Origin: Octopus bimaculoides
Lineage: Eukaryota
DNA: 64,000 nt
Assembly (NCBI RefSeq): GCF_001194135.2
Contig: NC_068981.1
Coordinates: 37,435,762-37,499,761 of the forward strand
Reading direction: 5' to 3'
The translations under genes and the position numbers were made by a program. Positions 12,601 to 25,689 of the stretch are shown in pieces (within the stretch, counting starts at the first letter, position 1; each line of letters starts with the position of its first letter). The notes under the pieces were generated by a model. It ran no database searches. It had not been told where the DNA came from and worked only from the letters and a program-made list of their open reading frames with translations.

Positions 12601-13424
12601 CTATATATATATATATATNNNNNNNNNNNNNNNNNNNNNNNNNNNNNNNNNNNNNNNNNNNNNNNNNNNNNNNNNNNNNNNNNNNNNNNNNNNNNNNNNN
12701 NNNNNNNNNNNNNNNNNNNNNNNNNNNNNNNNNNNNNNNNNNNNNNNNNNNNNNNNNNNNNNNNNNNNNNNNNNNNNNNNNNNNNNNNNNNNNNNNNNNN
12801 NNNNNNNNNNNNNNNNNNNNNNNNNNNNNNNNNNNNNNNNNNNNNNNNNNNNNNNNNNNNNNNNNNNNNNNNNNNNNNNNNNNNNNNNNNNNNNNNNNNN
12901 NNNNNNNNNNNNNNNNNNNNNNNNNNNNNNNNNNNNNNNNNNNNNNNNNNNNNNNNNNNNNNNNNNNNNNNNNNNNNNNNNNNNNNNNNNNNNNNNNNNN
13001 NNNNNNNNNNNNNNNNNNNNNNNNNNNNNNNNNNNNNNNNNNNNNNNNNNNNNNNNNNNNNNNNNNNNNNNNNNNNNNNNNNNNNNNNNNNNNNNNNNNN
13101 NNNNNNNNNNNNNNNNNNNNNNNNNNNNNNNNNNNNNNNNNNNNNNNNNNNNNNNNNNNNNNNNNNNNNNNNNNNNNNNNNNNNNNNNNNNNNNNNNNNN
13201 NNNNNNNNNNNNNNNNNNNNNNNNNNNNNNNNNNNNNNNNNNNNNNNNNNNNNNNNNNNNNNNNNNNNNNNNNNNNNNNNNNNNNNNNNNNNNNNNNNNN
13301 NNNNNNNNNNNNNNNNNNNNNNNNNNNNNNNNNNNNNNNNNNNNNNNNNNNNNNNNNNNNNNNNNNNNNNNNNNNNNNNNNNNNNNNNNNNNNNNNNNNN
13401 NNNNNNNNNNNNNNNNNNNNNNAT

Positions 13425-13545
13425 ATATACATCTGGAGGCCCTTCCTAACGCCAACCACTCTGAGAGTGCAGTGGGTGCTTTTATGTGCCACAGGCATGA
13501 GGGCCAGTCAGGTGTATGGTTATGTAACACCCAATATCTGGCCTC
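13425..13545 (-). mobile_element. RTE 3' UTR fragment
   Basis: GCCCTTCCTAACGCCAACCACTCTGAGAGTGCAGTGGGTGCTTTTATGTGCCAC, the reverse complement of the tail at 1-60. Confidence 0.75.
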
Positions 13546-13599
13546 CAAACTCACTAGATTTGAACTTCATGAACTTACTACATGTGGAGCGCTGTTGAA

Positions 13600-13866
13600 C
13601 TAATTGTCATGCTCATAATGCCATAGCTTCACCGAAGTCTGCTATTGTCCAGATGAAATGGATAAGGACCTTCAAGTGTCAGCATGCCAGCAGTTTCGGT
13701 CTTGCAGTCATCAAAGCCAAAGTCAGTTTCAAAGAATAATTTGCTTAAAAAATCATTATCAAGACTAATTGCATAAATGTTTTTTCAAATACATATTTAT
13801 TTGTACTGAAATATAGTAATTTTATTGTATGCCAAAACTATCCTCAAATACCCCTCGCACCCTGTA
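13600..13866 (+). mobile_element. Tc1/maT-like transposon terminal fragment
   Basis: Ends GCACCCTG+TA, the same terminus as the element ending at 2638. Confidence 0.45.
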
Positions 13867-14259
13867 TATTTATATACACTAGAATGTTACCATCATATAA
13901 GATATGTTTTCAAGTATATTTTTGTCACTGTGGGTAACATCAGGAAATATGGTATACTTTAATTATAATTTGTCTTTTATCAAATATCTTGATGCTTATA
14001 CAGAATGATGAAATGGAAACTAATTTTCAAAAGCAAAATTTTATCGTATGTCTTATTTGTATATTTGCAATAAATACATGTTATTGCTTTTCTAAATTTT
14101 ATCAATATAATTCTGATGTATATTTTATCAAAAGCATATGTCTGCAAAATTTCATTAAAAATATCTAAGAAATGTCAAGTGCTCTCTGTAAAATGATTAG
14201 AAAATCCAATTGAAAAAATGTAGGGTTGAGGGGAATCTTTGGTCTTCCTGAGAGCAAGA

Positions 14260-14420
14260 CAATTTCTATAGTACTCATGACCTGAAAAATGCACCTAATA
14301 GTCTCTGTAATGTGGTTGGCACTTGAAAGGGCATCTGACAGCGAAACCATACCAAAAATGAGCCTGACAGGGTCCTCCAACCTGTTGGATACTCTAATGC
14401 CATCCATGAAAAGTGGACAT
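14260..14420 (-). mobile_element. old degenerate RTE tail
   Basis: Minus strand GATGCCCTTTCAAGTGCCAACCACATTACAGAG..GGTGCATTTTT, adjacent to (GAT)n. Confidence 0.55.
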
Positions 14421-15328
14421 ACTATGATGATAATAGTGATGATGATGATGTTGATGATGATGATGATGATGATGATGACGACAACGACAACGATGATGAG
14501 GATTGTTGTTTTTCAGATGCAGGTTTTCAGTGTAACTCCATCTTTTTATCAAAAGGTAATGCCCCAGTCATTTAGAGCTCCACAGTTCTAAACAGAAATT
14601 GCTGTTCCTCTGTAGAAAATAGCAAAGCAACATCTGATGGTGCAGTATGACTTGAGACTTGTCAAGATAAAAGTTAATTTAGTTTAATCACACAATGCAG
14701 CAAAGATGAAAATAATGATGAGTACATTTTTTATTAACATAGTCCTTTATAGTATTACATGAATGGCACTCCAAAATTAATCTCTGGGGCAAAATCCTGC
14801 AGTGAATATCACTCACTTTTTAGAATGCAGAAACAGGTTAAAATAAATGTACACAACATTATTTTGATTTTCACTGCTTTGCATGCTCTAACCTTGGACC
14901 ACTTCAGTCACTATTTTTTTGTTATGTAAGAAGAAGAGAAGATCTGTCTTTGTTCAAAGAACTGGAGAAGTGAGTAGGTGAAATCACACAGAAATACCAT
15001 GTCTGGAAGACCACTGGTGTACCTTGGAACTTGGTGCATTTTTACACACAAGCACTATACACAGAAAATTGTTCTGTTAGACAAAATCCTCCAGTCAAGG
15101 CCATTTCACATTAAGTGTACAGGAATGTATTAAAAATAAATGCACACATTATTTTCATATTTATGATTTGTTTGCTTATACTGAATACATATGAATGCAT
15201 ATGTATGTATGTATGTATATATATATGCATACAGACATGTATGCATGTATGCATGTATACATGCATGCATGCATATATACATACACAATACATACATACA
15301 TACATATATATATATACATACACAATAC

Positions 15329-15366
<38 letters not shown>

Positions 15367-16564
15367 GTAAATCAATAGATATAAGTATTGATAGAAATAG
15401 ATATTGATATGTTTCTGAGATTTTCATCAAGTCATTTGTTATTTACTTGGAGTAAATATTTGAATAATGCTTCTACTCCTTCTAACGACGAAATTCTCAT
15501 TGACAATTACCATTTATTCTTCAAGTTACAAAATTTAAGAAATTTTTTTCTTCTTTGTGTTTTTATAATTTTCTGCAGTAACTTTATGATTTGTATCAAC
15601 ATTATATTCTGGGTTAAATGAGTTTGCAAATGATTTATTGAACAAACTTTCTTTACATAATAAATAGTGAATATGTATTTCCCATTTTCTATCTAATATC
15701 CACTTTCTAAATCCTATTGTCATCATCATAATCATTTTATGTCCATTTTCATCATGCTTGCATGGAATGGATGGGCCTTCACCAGTACAGAGTTTCACCA
15801 GTTGTAGAGGTCTCTTTTCATATCTGTCATGAGATCAATTTCTGCTTCTTTCTGTGTCTTTCTCAGTTTACCTTTTCTGCAGAGTCCCTCCACCTTTCTT
15901 GGCACTTCTTTATGCAACTGTCATCCTACATATGCATCATTTCTATATCAGCTCAGTCTCCTCTCTTGCACACTACATCTGATGTCTCTTATTTCCTCAT
16001 CTCTTTCAAGCCTTCTGACATCATCCACATCCAGTCTCCAGGTCTTACTCTTATACGGGTATTGCACTTTATATACAATATTAGAAAGAGAAGCATTTTG
16101 TTGCAGCAGAGGTATTTGCTCTTTGAACTTTTCCTGCCATTCTTATTCTGGCAAATATGGCGTTAGTACGCCCACATCAACGTTCTGTTACTTATTCTCT
16201 CTCTCTCACTCTGCCCCCATTCCATCTCTGTATATATACACGTGCTACAGCTATTATTCAAAATCAGGAATTATTTGGTAGCATCCACAATGCTTTTGTT
16301 AATTGTCTCAGGGCCCAGGTAGTTTCAAGCAGGCAGAAAAATTCTAAATCCCCACTTTCCTTGGTCCCATAGAACATCTTGGAAATGAAAGCTCAAGAGA
16401 GTGGTGCTGCACTAACCTTTAGCTCCTAATTTATATATCAATCTTTAAAGGATGAAAGACAAAGTTTACCACAATGGGGATTAATCTCAGAGCAAAAGGA
16501 CTGGAATAAATATTGCAATGCAATTTAGTATAAATGTGTATGAAACTATCTATCTATCTTTCTA

Positions 16565-16597
<33 letters not shown>

Positions 16598-16638
16598 ATC
16601 TCTCTCTATATATATGTATATGTATCCACATCCTCCTC

Positions 16639-16653
16639 CTCATCATCATCATT

Positions 16654-16689
<36 letters not shown>

Positions 16690-17258
16690 GTCATTTAACG
16701 TCCGTTTTCTATGCTGGCATGGGTTGGACGGTTTGACTGGGGTCTGGGAAGCCAGGTGGCTTCACCAGGCACCAGTCAGATCTGGCAGTGTTTCTATAGC
16801 TGGATGCTCTTCCTAATGCCAACCACTCTGAGAGTGTAGTGGGTGCTTTTAATGTGCCACTGGCACAGGGTCCAGAGGAACTGGCATCGATCACAATCAA
16901 AATGGTGCCTTTTATGTGCCACCGGCACAGAAGCCAGTCAAAGCGGCACTTGCATTAGCCACGTTCAGATGGTGCTTTTTACATGCTACCGGCATGGGGC
17001 TCACAACTACAAATTCCATTTGATTTGATTTTGATATTGCTGATGTTGATGTACTTGACTCAATAGGTCTCCTCAAGCATGGCATGTCATGGTACTTTTA
17101 GTCTATTGACTAAATTTGACATGCTAGGGCACTGGTAGTAGAAATTTCTAATATTTCTCATTACCCTTGATAATATTAAATATACATCCAAGGTACTTTT
17201 GAGTGGGCTGGTTATGTGACACTGGTGTAGGTTACAGCTGTGGACTCACTTTATTTGC
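16639..17258 (-). mobile_element. RTE 3' UTR with (CAT)n tail, containing an 86-bp insertion
   Basis: CATCATCGTCATTTAACGTCCG..GGATGCTCTTCCTAATGCCAACC..; repeated GTGCCACCGGCAC modules. Confidence 0.8.
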
Positions 17259-17311
17259 TNNNNNNNNNNNNNNNNNNNNNNNNNNNNNNNNNNNNNNNNN
17301 NNNNNNNNNNN

Positions 17312-17745
17312 CATGCCACATCTGATGCTACTCATGTCTAACATTTCTCTCAGGGTGCTTACACTCTGTCATGTGTGCACACTGACATTACACATTCAGT
17401 TGATCATGCTAGCTTCATTTCTTTTGAGCCTACACATGTCTTCAGCAGTCACAGCCCATGTTTCACTGTCGTGAAGCATGGCAGTTCACACACATGCATT
17501 GTATAATCTACTTTTCACTCTGAACGAGAAGCCCTTTGTCACCAGTAGGGGTAGAAGCTTTCTGAACTTTGCCCAGGCAATTCTTATTCTAGTAGCAACA
17601 CTCTCTGAGCATTCACCCCTATTACAGACTAGGTCACATAGGTAGCGGAAGCTATCAACTACTTCTAGTTTCTTCCCCTGGCATGTGATGGAGTCTGTTT
17701 TCTGAGCATCTGTGGTGTTTATTGCTCCTGTGTATCTGCTGCTTG
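17312..17745 (-). mobile_element. RTE LINE RT C-terminal fragment
   Basis: RYTGAINT..KKLEVVDSFRYL..ECSESVATRIRIAWAKFRKLLPLLVTKGFSFRVKSRLYNAC..SETWAV. Confidence 0.85.
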
Positions 17746-17834
17746 TGAAAGCTATCTATCTGTCTGTCTGTCTCTATCTCTCTCTCTCTATATATATATG
17801 TATATGTATGTAAGCATGTATATATGTGTGCGTG

Positions 17835-17872
<38 letters not shown>

Positions 17873-17882
17873 NNNNNNNNNN

Positions 17883-17921
<39 letters not shown>

Positions 17922-18123
17922 CACATATACACTCATACACCTCAAAAAGTCAACAGACATCCCTCATTCCCTCATTATATCATTTTTATTCTGTATGGAC
18001 ACTACCTGATGCATCACCCTTGTTAATGTATTATGCACAAAGCATGTCTACTGAATACTAGATTACGTATTTAAAGATATCAAATGACATTATTTTGTTC
18101 CTAGAAATAAATCTGTGTGTATG

Positions 18124-18368
18124 TCATCATCATCATTGTTTATCGTCTGCTTTCCATGCTAGCATGGGTTGGATGATTTGACTGAGGACTGGCAAACCAG
18201 ATGGCTGCACCAGACTCCAATCTAATCTGGCAGAGTTTCTACTGCTGGATGCCCTTCCTAATACCAACCACCCCGAGAGTGTAGTGTGTGCTTTTACATG
18301 CCACCGGCATGAGGGCCAGTCCAGCAGTACTGGCAACAGCTATGCTCAAATGGTGTTTTTTTTTTATG
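18124..18368 (-). mobile_element. RTE 3' UTR/tail
   Basis: CATCATTGTTTATCGTCTGCTTTCCATGCTAGCATGGGTTGG..GGATGCCCTTCCTAATACCAACC. Confidence 0.8.
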
Positions 18369-19879
18369 TGTTCAAATGTACACTGTATTTATATGAATAA
18401 TATATAGTCTATTGACTAAATTTGACATGCTAGGCCACTGGTAGTAGAAATTTCTAATATTTCTCATTACCCTTGATAATATTAAATATATATATATGTA
18501 TATATATATAAATATAAATAAACACACACACTCACATGTACATTCACACAGATATACAAATGCATAAATATACCCAAACAACCAACCAACCAACCAACCG
18601 ACCGACCGACCAACCAACCAGCCATCCATACATCTATCCATACAAACAAACATATATGAATACATATATATCCACCTAGCTATGTACTATCTAGGAGTGC
18701 ACATGTATGTTACTTCCTTATATGCTTTAGTATTACACCATAACTTACTAGTTACATACATTTCATCTTCACAAGCTTTAAAACCTATCATAATATCTAC
18801 TGCCAGCTTTATTTCCCCAACTAACATTCCACAGCATCAGATTATGCACCACTTCTATTTGTCATCACCATCGGCATTGCCTCCATCACCCCTATCACCA
18901 CCACTACCATCACTGACAATGTTGCCACCACTGCTGCCATCCTCCTAATTCACAGCTTCTTCACCAGCTCAGTTTTAAAAGTCCATGATGTTTGTTATTC
19001 CAGCATAGGTTGAAGAGGTCTCCATTAATATTGTAGCCTCCAGCTGTTTCTATACTTCATCATTCATCACTAAATCTTAACTTGCTCAGATTTGATTTAA
19101 TTACCTTACTCCATGTCCTTCCTAGTTTACATGTGCCCTTGCCATTATCTAACATCTAGCATCTACAAATATTTGGAAATTTTAGCTATTCTTATGTGTA
19201 ATTGCGTTTATTATGTTTCACTAATATCACACAAGTTTCATATGTATCATAATTAACTCAAAACTGAGAACAAATTGAAGTCATCTTCCAGTGAGTTTAT
19301 ATATATACATACATGCATATATATATGTACATAAACACACATACACAATGACACAATTTATATATATGCACATATATATGATTGCTTTAAATTCTCATAC
19401 ACTCTCTCTCACACACAAACTAACTATATGAATATGTAATATATATATATATATATAAATATATAGGTAGATAGATAAATAGATACATACATATATGTAT
19501 ATATATGTATACATACATACATANNNNNNNNNNNNNNNNNNNNNNNNNNNNNNNNNNNNNNNNNNNNNNNNNNNNNNNNNNNNNNNNNNNNNNNNNNNNN
19601 NNNNNNNNNNNNNNNNNNNNNATATACATATATATATATGCATATATATTTATACATATATATATACACACACATATACTATACGTACATGTATATACAT
19701 ATGTGTATTCACCCACAAAAAAAATCTAACTCATATGTATCTGTGATGTTTAGAATTTCCCTTTGCCACAATATGGCTTCATGTTCAATTCCATTGAGTA
19801 GTTCCTAGAACAAGTGAGTTCTAAAAATAGTCTCAGTTTGACTAATGTCTTGTAACTGGAATTTGGTAGACAGAAACAT

Positions 19880-20550
19880 CATCTATATATGATCAATGGG
19901 AAAAAGTAAAGGTTGTCATCAGGAATGCTATATTGTGTCAGAATAGTATTTTATGAAGTCTTCTCAGAAAGGTTGGCATGACATGTGTTGCCATGTCTAT
20001 GTGTAATGCTGAAAGCTGGACTGACCAGTGCCAAATGATAGTTAAGTGCAAACTTGAAATAAAGAAAGGTAGATGGACTCAAGGAAAAGCAATGAAACCT
20101 CCTCTAAACTTCAATGAACTCAGATCCAATGAATCAGCTTGAACATATACTCATTAAAGACAATGGACGACTCACACCACTGCATCAAGGAGAAATAGAT
20201 AAAATCCTGGAACACTATCTGGGCATCCGCATCTGGAGTCTCAGGAAAAATAGAACATATATATAAAGTCTGTCGTGATCAGAATAATGATGAAATACGA
20301 GAAGTACCCCAAAGTTTTCTGTTAAGCAATACACAAAGAAATGAACCAGCATGTAGGAGTTGTTGTTACCTACCACAGGAAAAAAATCTCTGAACTAAGG
20401 AAAAATGAGTGGCTTCAGCAATGAGCTAGGAAAATACATCACGTGGATGATGTAAGCAACATTAAAGGCTTCTATAAAGTGATTCATGCTATGTATGAAC
20501 CTCAAAAAATGAAAGCTGCCTCCTTACTCACTTCAGATGTCTATTGACAA
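19880..20550 (+). mobile_element. degenerate RTE (BovB-like) APE end and linker fragment
   Basis: Frameshifted remnants resembling AMCNAESWTDQ.MIV, DQNNDEI and NIKGFYKVIHAMYEPQ..LLTSD. Confidence 0.6.
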
Positions 20551-21243
20551 AGAAATCACTGAGACTAAAGTGTATGCATACACACCACGAATATATACAT
20601 ATATGCTTACATATATAATATTTTGTATAAAAATCTATTTAACACACTACTATAAGTCTTTTGTAACAAATATCAAGGACTTCAGCAGGTGTGATATTAT
20701 AACGCAACCATTGTAACAAAATAAAAAAATATGCTATTAATCATCATCAGAGACCGAATGCTGATAGTAAAGTTTGTATAGATCTGAATATATATAAAGA
20801 ACTATGTTCAATTTTAAATTCACTCTGTATTCCCTTATTTCAATAACAGTATACTTTTGGCTTTGCCAGTATGTTACAATTAGAAATGCACAAGCTTCAG
20901 ACTCTGATACTTTAATGCCTGGCTACATGTTTTCTAATATGAATAATGTATGTCCTATTTTAGAGTGTCAAGCAGATTTTTGCATTTGATATTTATTCTA
21001 TCAATCTTCTAATCTCAATATTTTTTGTTTTTCTCATTGAAATTTCTTGAAAATTTCTTGTTATTTTGAGAAGCTTTACTTCAATATATGTGTGTATGCT
21101 TATGAGTGTGTGTGTACGTGTGTATATACCCCTTTGATTCCTACAAATGAATGAAAAAGCAATGAATACACAAGGTAGCATTATATTTATTAGAAAACAG
21201 GTACTGATTTGCTCCATCATCACTCAGAGTTTCACACACTCAC

Positions 21244-21294
21244 ATGAGGCATAAGGATAAGATCGTTCAAACGATAATTTTGGGGCAAATAAAT
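21244..21294 (-). CDS. candidate 51-nt coding exon
   Basis: ctaac..ttcaaacgtctttcAG|ATTTA..CTCAT|GTGAGT; phase 0/0 reading IYLPQNYRLNDLILMPH (phase 1/1 LFAPKLSFERSYPYAS is also open). Confidence 0.33.
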
Positions 21295-21899
21295 CTGAAA
21301 GACGTTTGAATCAGTAATATCCATTAAAGTTAGAAGGCAGTCATATGTTTGGATTTGCTGCAGATTTACAGATGGCAGAACTACTGAGACATACAACGAA
21401 GTAACTCAGTCCTTGGCTGTTGCTTAGAAGGACAATTACTTCTCAAGTTTGCTGCAACTAACTAAAGCTGATTTTTATGAATTACGACCTTAGAACAACC
21501 AGAAACAATTCAAGAATAACGTCTTCTAGTAGTGGGTACTGAACCATAATTTTAAACTCTAGTGAAGAGATTCATGTGTTATTTCATTATCTGGAAGTAT
21601 TTGATTTGATAAGACATGCAGTTCCATGACCCATTAAACTATGAAGTAACATACCATCTACGTTCTAAGTTATTTGAAGACATATCAGTTTCTTGTTCAA
21701 GTATTTTCCAGCAACTTATGATATTCCTGAACTGACGAGAAGACCAGTTTTGAAGAAAAAAGAGGTGAATTAGAAAAGACAACCCACTAAAATAATATGA
21801 AGACACTGCAAAAATTGCCAGAACTGGTAGTAATACCAAATGCATTAGTAAAAGATGAGAGGGAAACTATACTTAACAGCTGAAGAATAGAATATTCAT

Positions 21900-22760
21900 T
21901 GAGTGGAGTACTTCTAGAAGCAACAGAACTCTCTACCTCCAGGAGCAACTAAGAAAACTTTCTCATGAACCATAGTTCGATGTAGAAATGAGAAACATCA
22001 GGAGATAAACAAAACTATCAGGACATTAAAAAATAACAAAACTATAAGTCTAGACAAGATATAAGATTGAGCAGCCAAAGCATGAAGCACTGATGTAAAA
22101 CCACTAACAAAATTATTGAAAAGTTACTGGCAGCAACAGAGTATCTAAGAAGAGCTGTGGCGCTCTGCATGGATCTAAGTGCTGAGGAAAGGAAGCACAG
22201 CTGATTGTCACAACTGAAACAGAGTTCCATTACTGTTAGACCTAAGCAAGGTATTTTGCCATATATTACTATGTCAACGTTCATGACGTTGTTAATGCAA
22301 GGCTACAAGGAGAACAGAGGAAGTTTAAACAACAGAGGTCATTCTATGAACAGATCTTTGAAAAGTGGAATGTCATTGAGACATGTTTGGAGTTCCAGTG
22401 ACAGTTATCAATAAAAGTTAATTTCATTGACTTCAAAAAGGCATTCAGCAGTGTGCATTGAAAGTCTCTGTAGAGAGTTGCATGAATATCTTGAATTAAT
22501 TTTCTGAAGTCCTATATCTTACACTTTAGAAGCATTTATCTAAAGTCCAGTTGTTGCGTGAAGAATGAAAATAGAAATAACTTGATACTTTAACAACACC
22601 ATTAGGTGTTCACTAAGGATGTAAGGAATCATAAATTCATCATGAAAATGCATTCAACAGCAATAATGGGGACAACCAATAAAAAGATCTGAGACAGTTA
22701 GCTGATATAGAATTTGCTGATGATATTGTGCAGAATCCAGAGGCCTTCTACAGGACCATC
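21900..22760 (+). mobile_element. degenerate non-LTR (RTE-like) RT fragment
   Basis: LSKVFCHILL, FIDFKKAFSSVH (about 22423) and LADIEFADDIV (about 22697) RT motifs. Confidence 0.75.
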
Positions 22761-23200
22761 TCTGGATTCTGCCAACAGTGCAATAGGCGATCTAAGTAAA
22801 GTGAAAAATAAAACTAGATGGCTGTAGAGGATATAGAGACTGGACAATAAATATGGTACACTACCTTACTGGTAGTGTACCAGATTGTCGATGACCAGAT
22901 TGTTGATGAACACATTGGACACTAACAGGAGGAAATAGAAAACATAGAACACACAATCAATCAAGAACACTGGTAGAGAACTACTCACACGTATACACAT
23001 ACAGACACAAATGCACACACACATACATACATACATACATACATATCAGTCTGTCTGGAGTAAAGTATGGCTGAGCTTGAAATCTTGGGGAGAGAATGCA
23101 AATCCTGAATCCATAAGCTACAATGATCACAGTATCTGGAACTATAAATATCTGGAAGACCTTAAGATTTCAAGGATGGCGGTTAAATAAAGATACTTTC

Positions 23201-24591
23201 TGTTGAGGTGAAATCCTGACAACCCTGTTGGATAGCGAGTGAACTGTCCTAAACCTTATAAAGGCACATCCGCACTGACAGTACGCGGTACAGTGTGGTG
23301 TGTGCATTCGCATTTGTGAAGGCAGTCGTAGAAGTCGTTGAAAAAAGATATAAGTTGTTACGTGTTTATTATTGATTTAGTTTTTGTAGTGTTATATAAC
23401 ACTGTTACAGTGTAGACTATATCTAAACGTCAAGGATATGAGAGGCGACGAAATATTGAAAGCTCACTGTGGACATTCTTAGCATGGAAGACATATTAGA
23501 TACCGTGATACAGTTGCAGCAGCAACTACAATAAGAACAACAGCAACAGTTGCAATGGCAACTACAACAGCAACATCAAGAACACAGAAACAGCAACTAC
23601 AACAACAACAGCAAAATCAACAGTTGTTGGAAATATTGTTGCAGTCCTAAAACACTGCAATGGAGCATATTACTACTCCGCCATACCATCCAAGATCTAG
23701 CAGAATGTTTTTTAGACACGTTTAAGAGGGCGCTGAAAAAATCTAGGAATGAGCTACTAGCTGATGCTGTCTTGACGCAATTCTTAAGTGTCTACCGAAT
23801 AACACCTAACCCCAACACCACTTCAGGTATGTCGCCGGCTGAACTAATGTTCGCCAGGAAAGTCAGGTCAGTGTTTCACAAATTACTACCGGAAAAAAAG
23901 AAAAAATGGAGAGAAACACCGAAAATAAGATAAAATTCTTCAAAATCGGTGACAAGGTGTCTTTTTTTAAATATACAGAAATGAGAGGAAGGTATAATAA
24001 GTAAACGTTTAGGAAAAATAACGTACATGGTAAAAGGTCATACGTGGGAACATAAAAGACATTTAAACCAACTGAAAAAAGGTTTACAGAAGAAAGAATA
24101 AGACATGAAGAACCAACGGAATTTCTTTATGGCATTTTTGACGTCCTGATACCTCAAAGAATAGTCGAACCAACTAGTACATTGACTAAGAAAAGAAAAC
24201 AAATAGAACTTTTGCAAGTAGCGCCAAAACGAAAAATATATTCCAATTTCTTCCCGTGGAATTAAATAAAAACGTGAGGGAGAGGTGGTAAGAAATATAT
24301 AAAAAATAAAATTAAAATATTGATTTCCAAGGAAAGTTAAGCTCAAAAAGAGATGTGGTGAAATCCTGACAACCCTGAGGGATAGCAAGTGAACTGTTCT
24401 AAACCTTATAAAGGCGCATACGTACTGACAGTGTGAGATACAGTGTCGTGTGTGTAGTCGCATTTGTGAAGGCAGTCACAGAAGTCGTTGAGACGAGATA
24501 TAAGTTGTTACGTGTTTGTTACTGATCTAGTTTTTGTAGTATTATAACACTGTTACAGTGTAGGCTATATCCAAACATCAAGGATACAAGA
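23201..24591 (+). mobile_element. internally deleted Ty3/gypsy LTR retrotransposon with both LTRs
   Basis: LTRs at about 23201-23443 and 24354-24591 (about 87% identical by eye); CTTTC TSD at 23196-23200 and 24592-24596; PBS-like GGCGACG; purine tract before the 3' LTR; integrase remnant LAECFLDTFKRALKK..YRITPN..SPAELMFARK. Confidence 0.9.
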
Positions 24592-25689
24592 CTTTCCTTC
24601 ACAACCATGCTACCAAGTCAGTAGCTAGTCAAAGTTTACTCTAAATTAAAAAGAGAAAGACAAGACATTTGTACATAAATGTATATATTACACCTTTTAC
24701 CAACAGTGAGAATTTTTTCTCCACAGTAACTTTAGAAATTGAAACATGTCACAAACATTTTAACAATATACATCTATATATATATANNNNNNNNNNNNNN
24801 NNNNNNNNNNNNNNNNNNNNNNNNNNNNNNNNNNNNNNNNNNNNNNNNNNNNNNNNNNNNNNNNNNNNNNNNNNNNNNNNNNNNNNNNNNATATACATAT
24901 ATATATATCATCTTATAATGTTTAGAAAAGGAATCCAGAATATATAGGCCTGCAAGTCACTGTCTTCTTTTACATAGTCTATCGTTATTCAAAATTAGTT
25001 TTCTTTACTTCTAGGAAAATTCCTCTATTTTGGAGATGTTAATTATATGTTTGAACAATGTTTTGACAACACAGCAAAGATATAATGCTGGCCGGCACAG
25101 TTCTAAGAATAGCATCGCAGTTGAACACTTTTGAAAATTGAGATTGCATATCAAAAGCCTCATAATTTTACAGAATGTTGTATAAATATTGTTTGCTTTG
25201 TCATTGTATGATATTATGTGTCTTAGCAAAGATTTGGGCAGTTAGCAAGTGTGTCAATATGCTTAATGCAACTCTGTTCATGTATGTTTCACAAGAACAA
25301 AGAGATATATTTAAATTGAAAGGGAAGACAATTATTATTATCTACTATTGATGTTGTTGTTGTTTAGCCCAAGGTAAACTATGATCAAAGGCTTTCAGCT
25401 ATGGCTATCACATTTTGTTTTTAAGTGTTGTTTATCAAAGACTACATTACCCAATATATCCTTCCTTTCTTAAGATGGTAGAATCTGATATGCATAATAT
25501 TTAGTTCTTATTTCTAGTATGATGAGAGGCTATGTAATTGTTCCACTGATGGCTTGTTTCACCATTAATTTTATTACTAGCATTATTTGTCACTTTCTTT
25601 TGGTTTATTTTAGTTAGTTTAAAGACGACTGCACTGGTAAGGTCATGTGTTGAGTATGGATGAGGAGAGCTGGGTGAAAAAATGTCACA

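Noticed and set aside
12338-13603. Long ORFs of 300-420 aa (also those over the gaps at 2763-3108 and 48811-49174)
   Set aside because: They are open only because they run through N gaps.
14908-14969. Plus-strand segment ending in GAA|GTGAGT with TM-exit-like translations
   Set aside because: Two frames are equally plausible, there is no supporting partner exon, and it conflicts with the minus-strand candidates.
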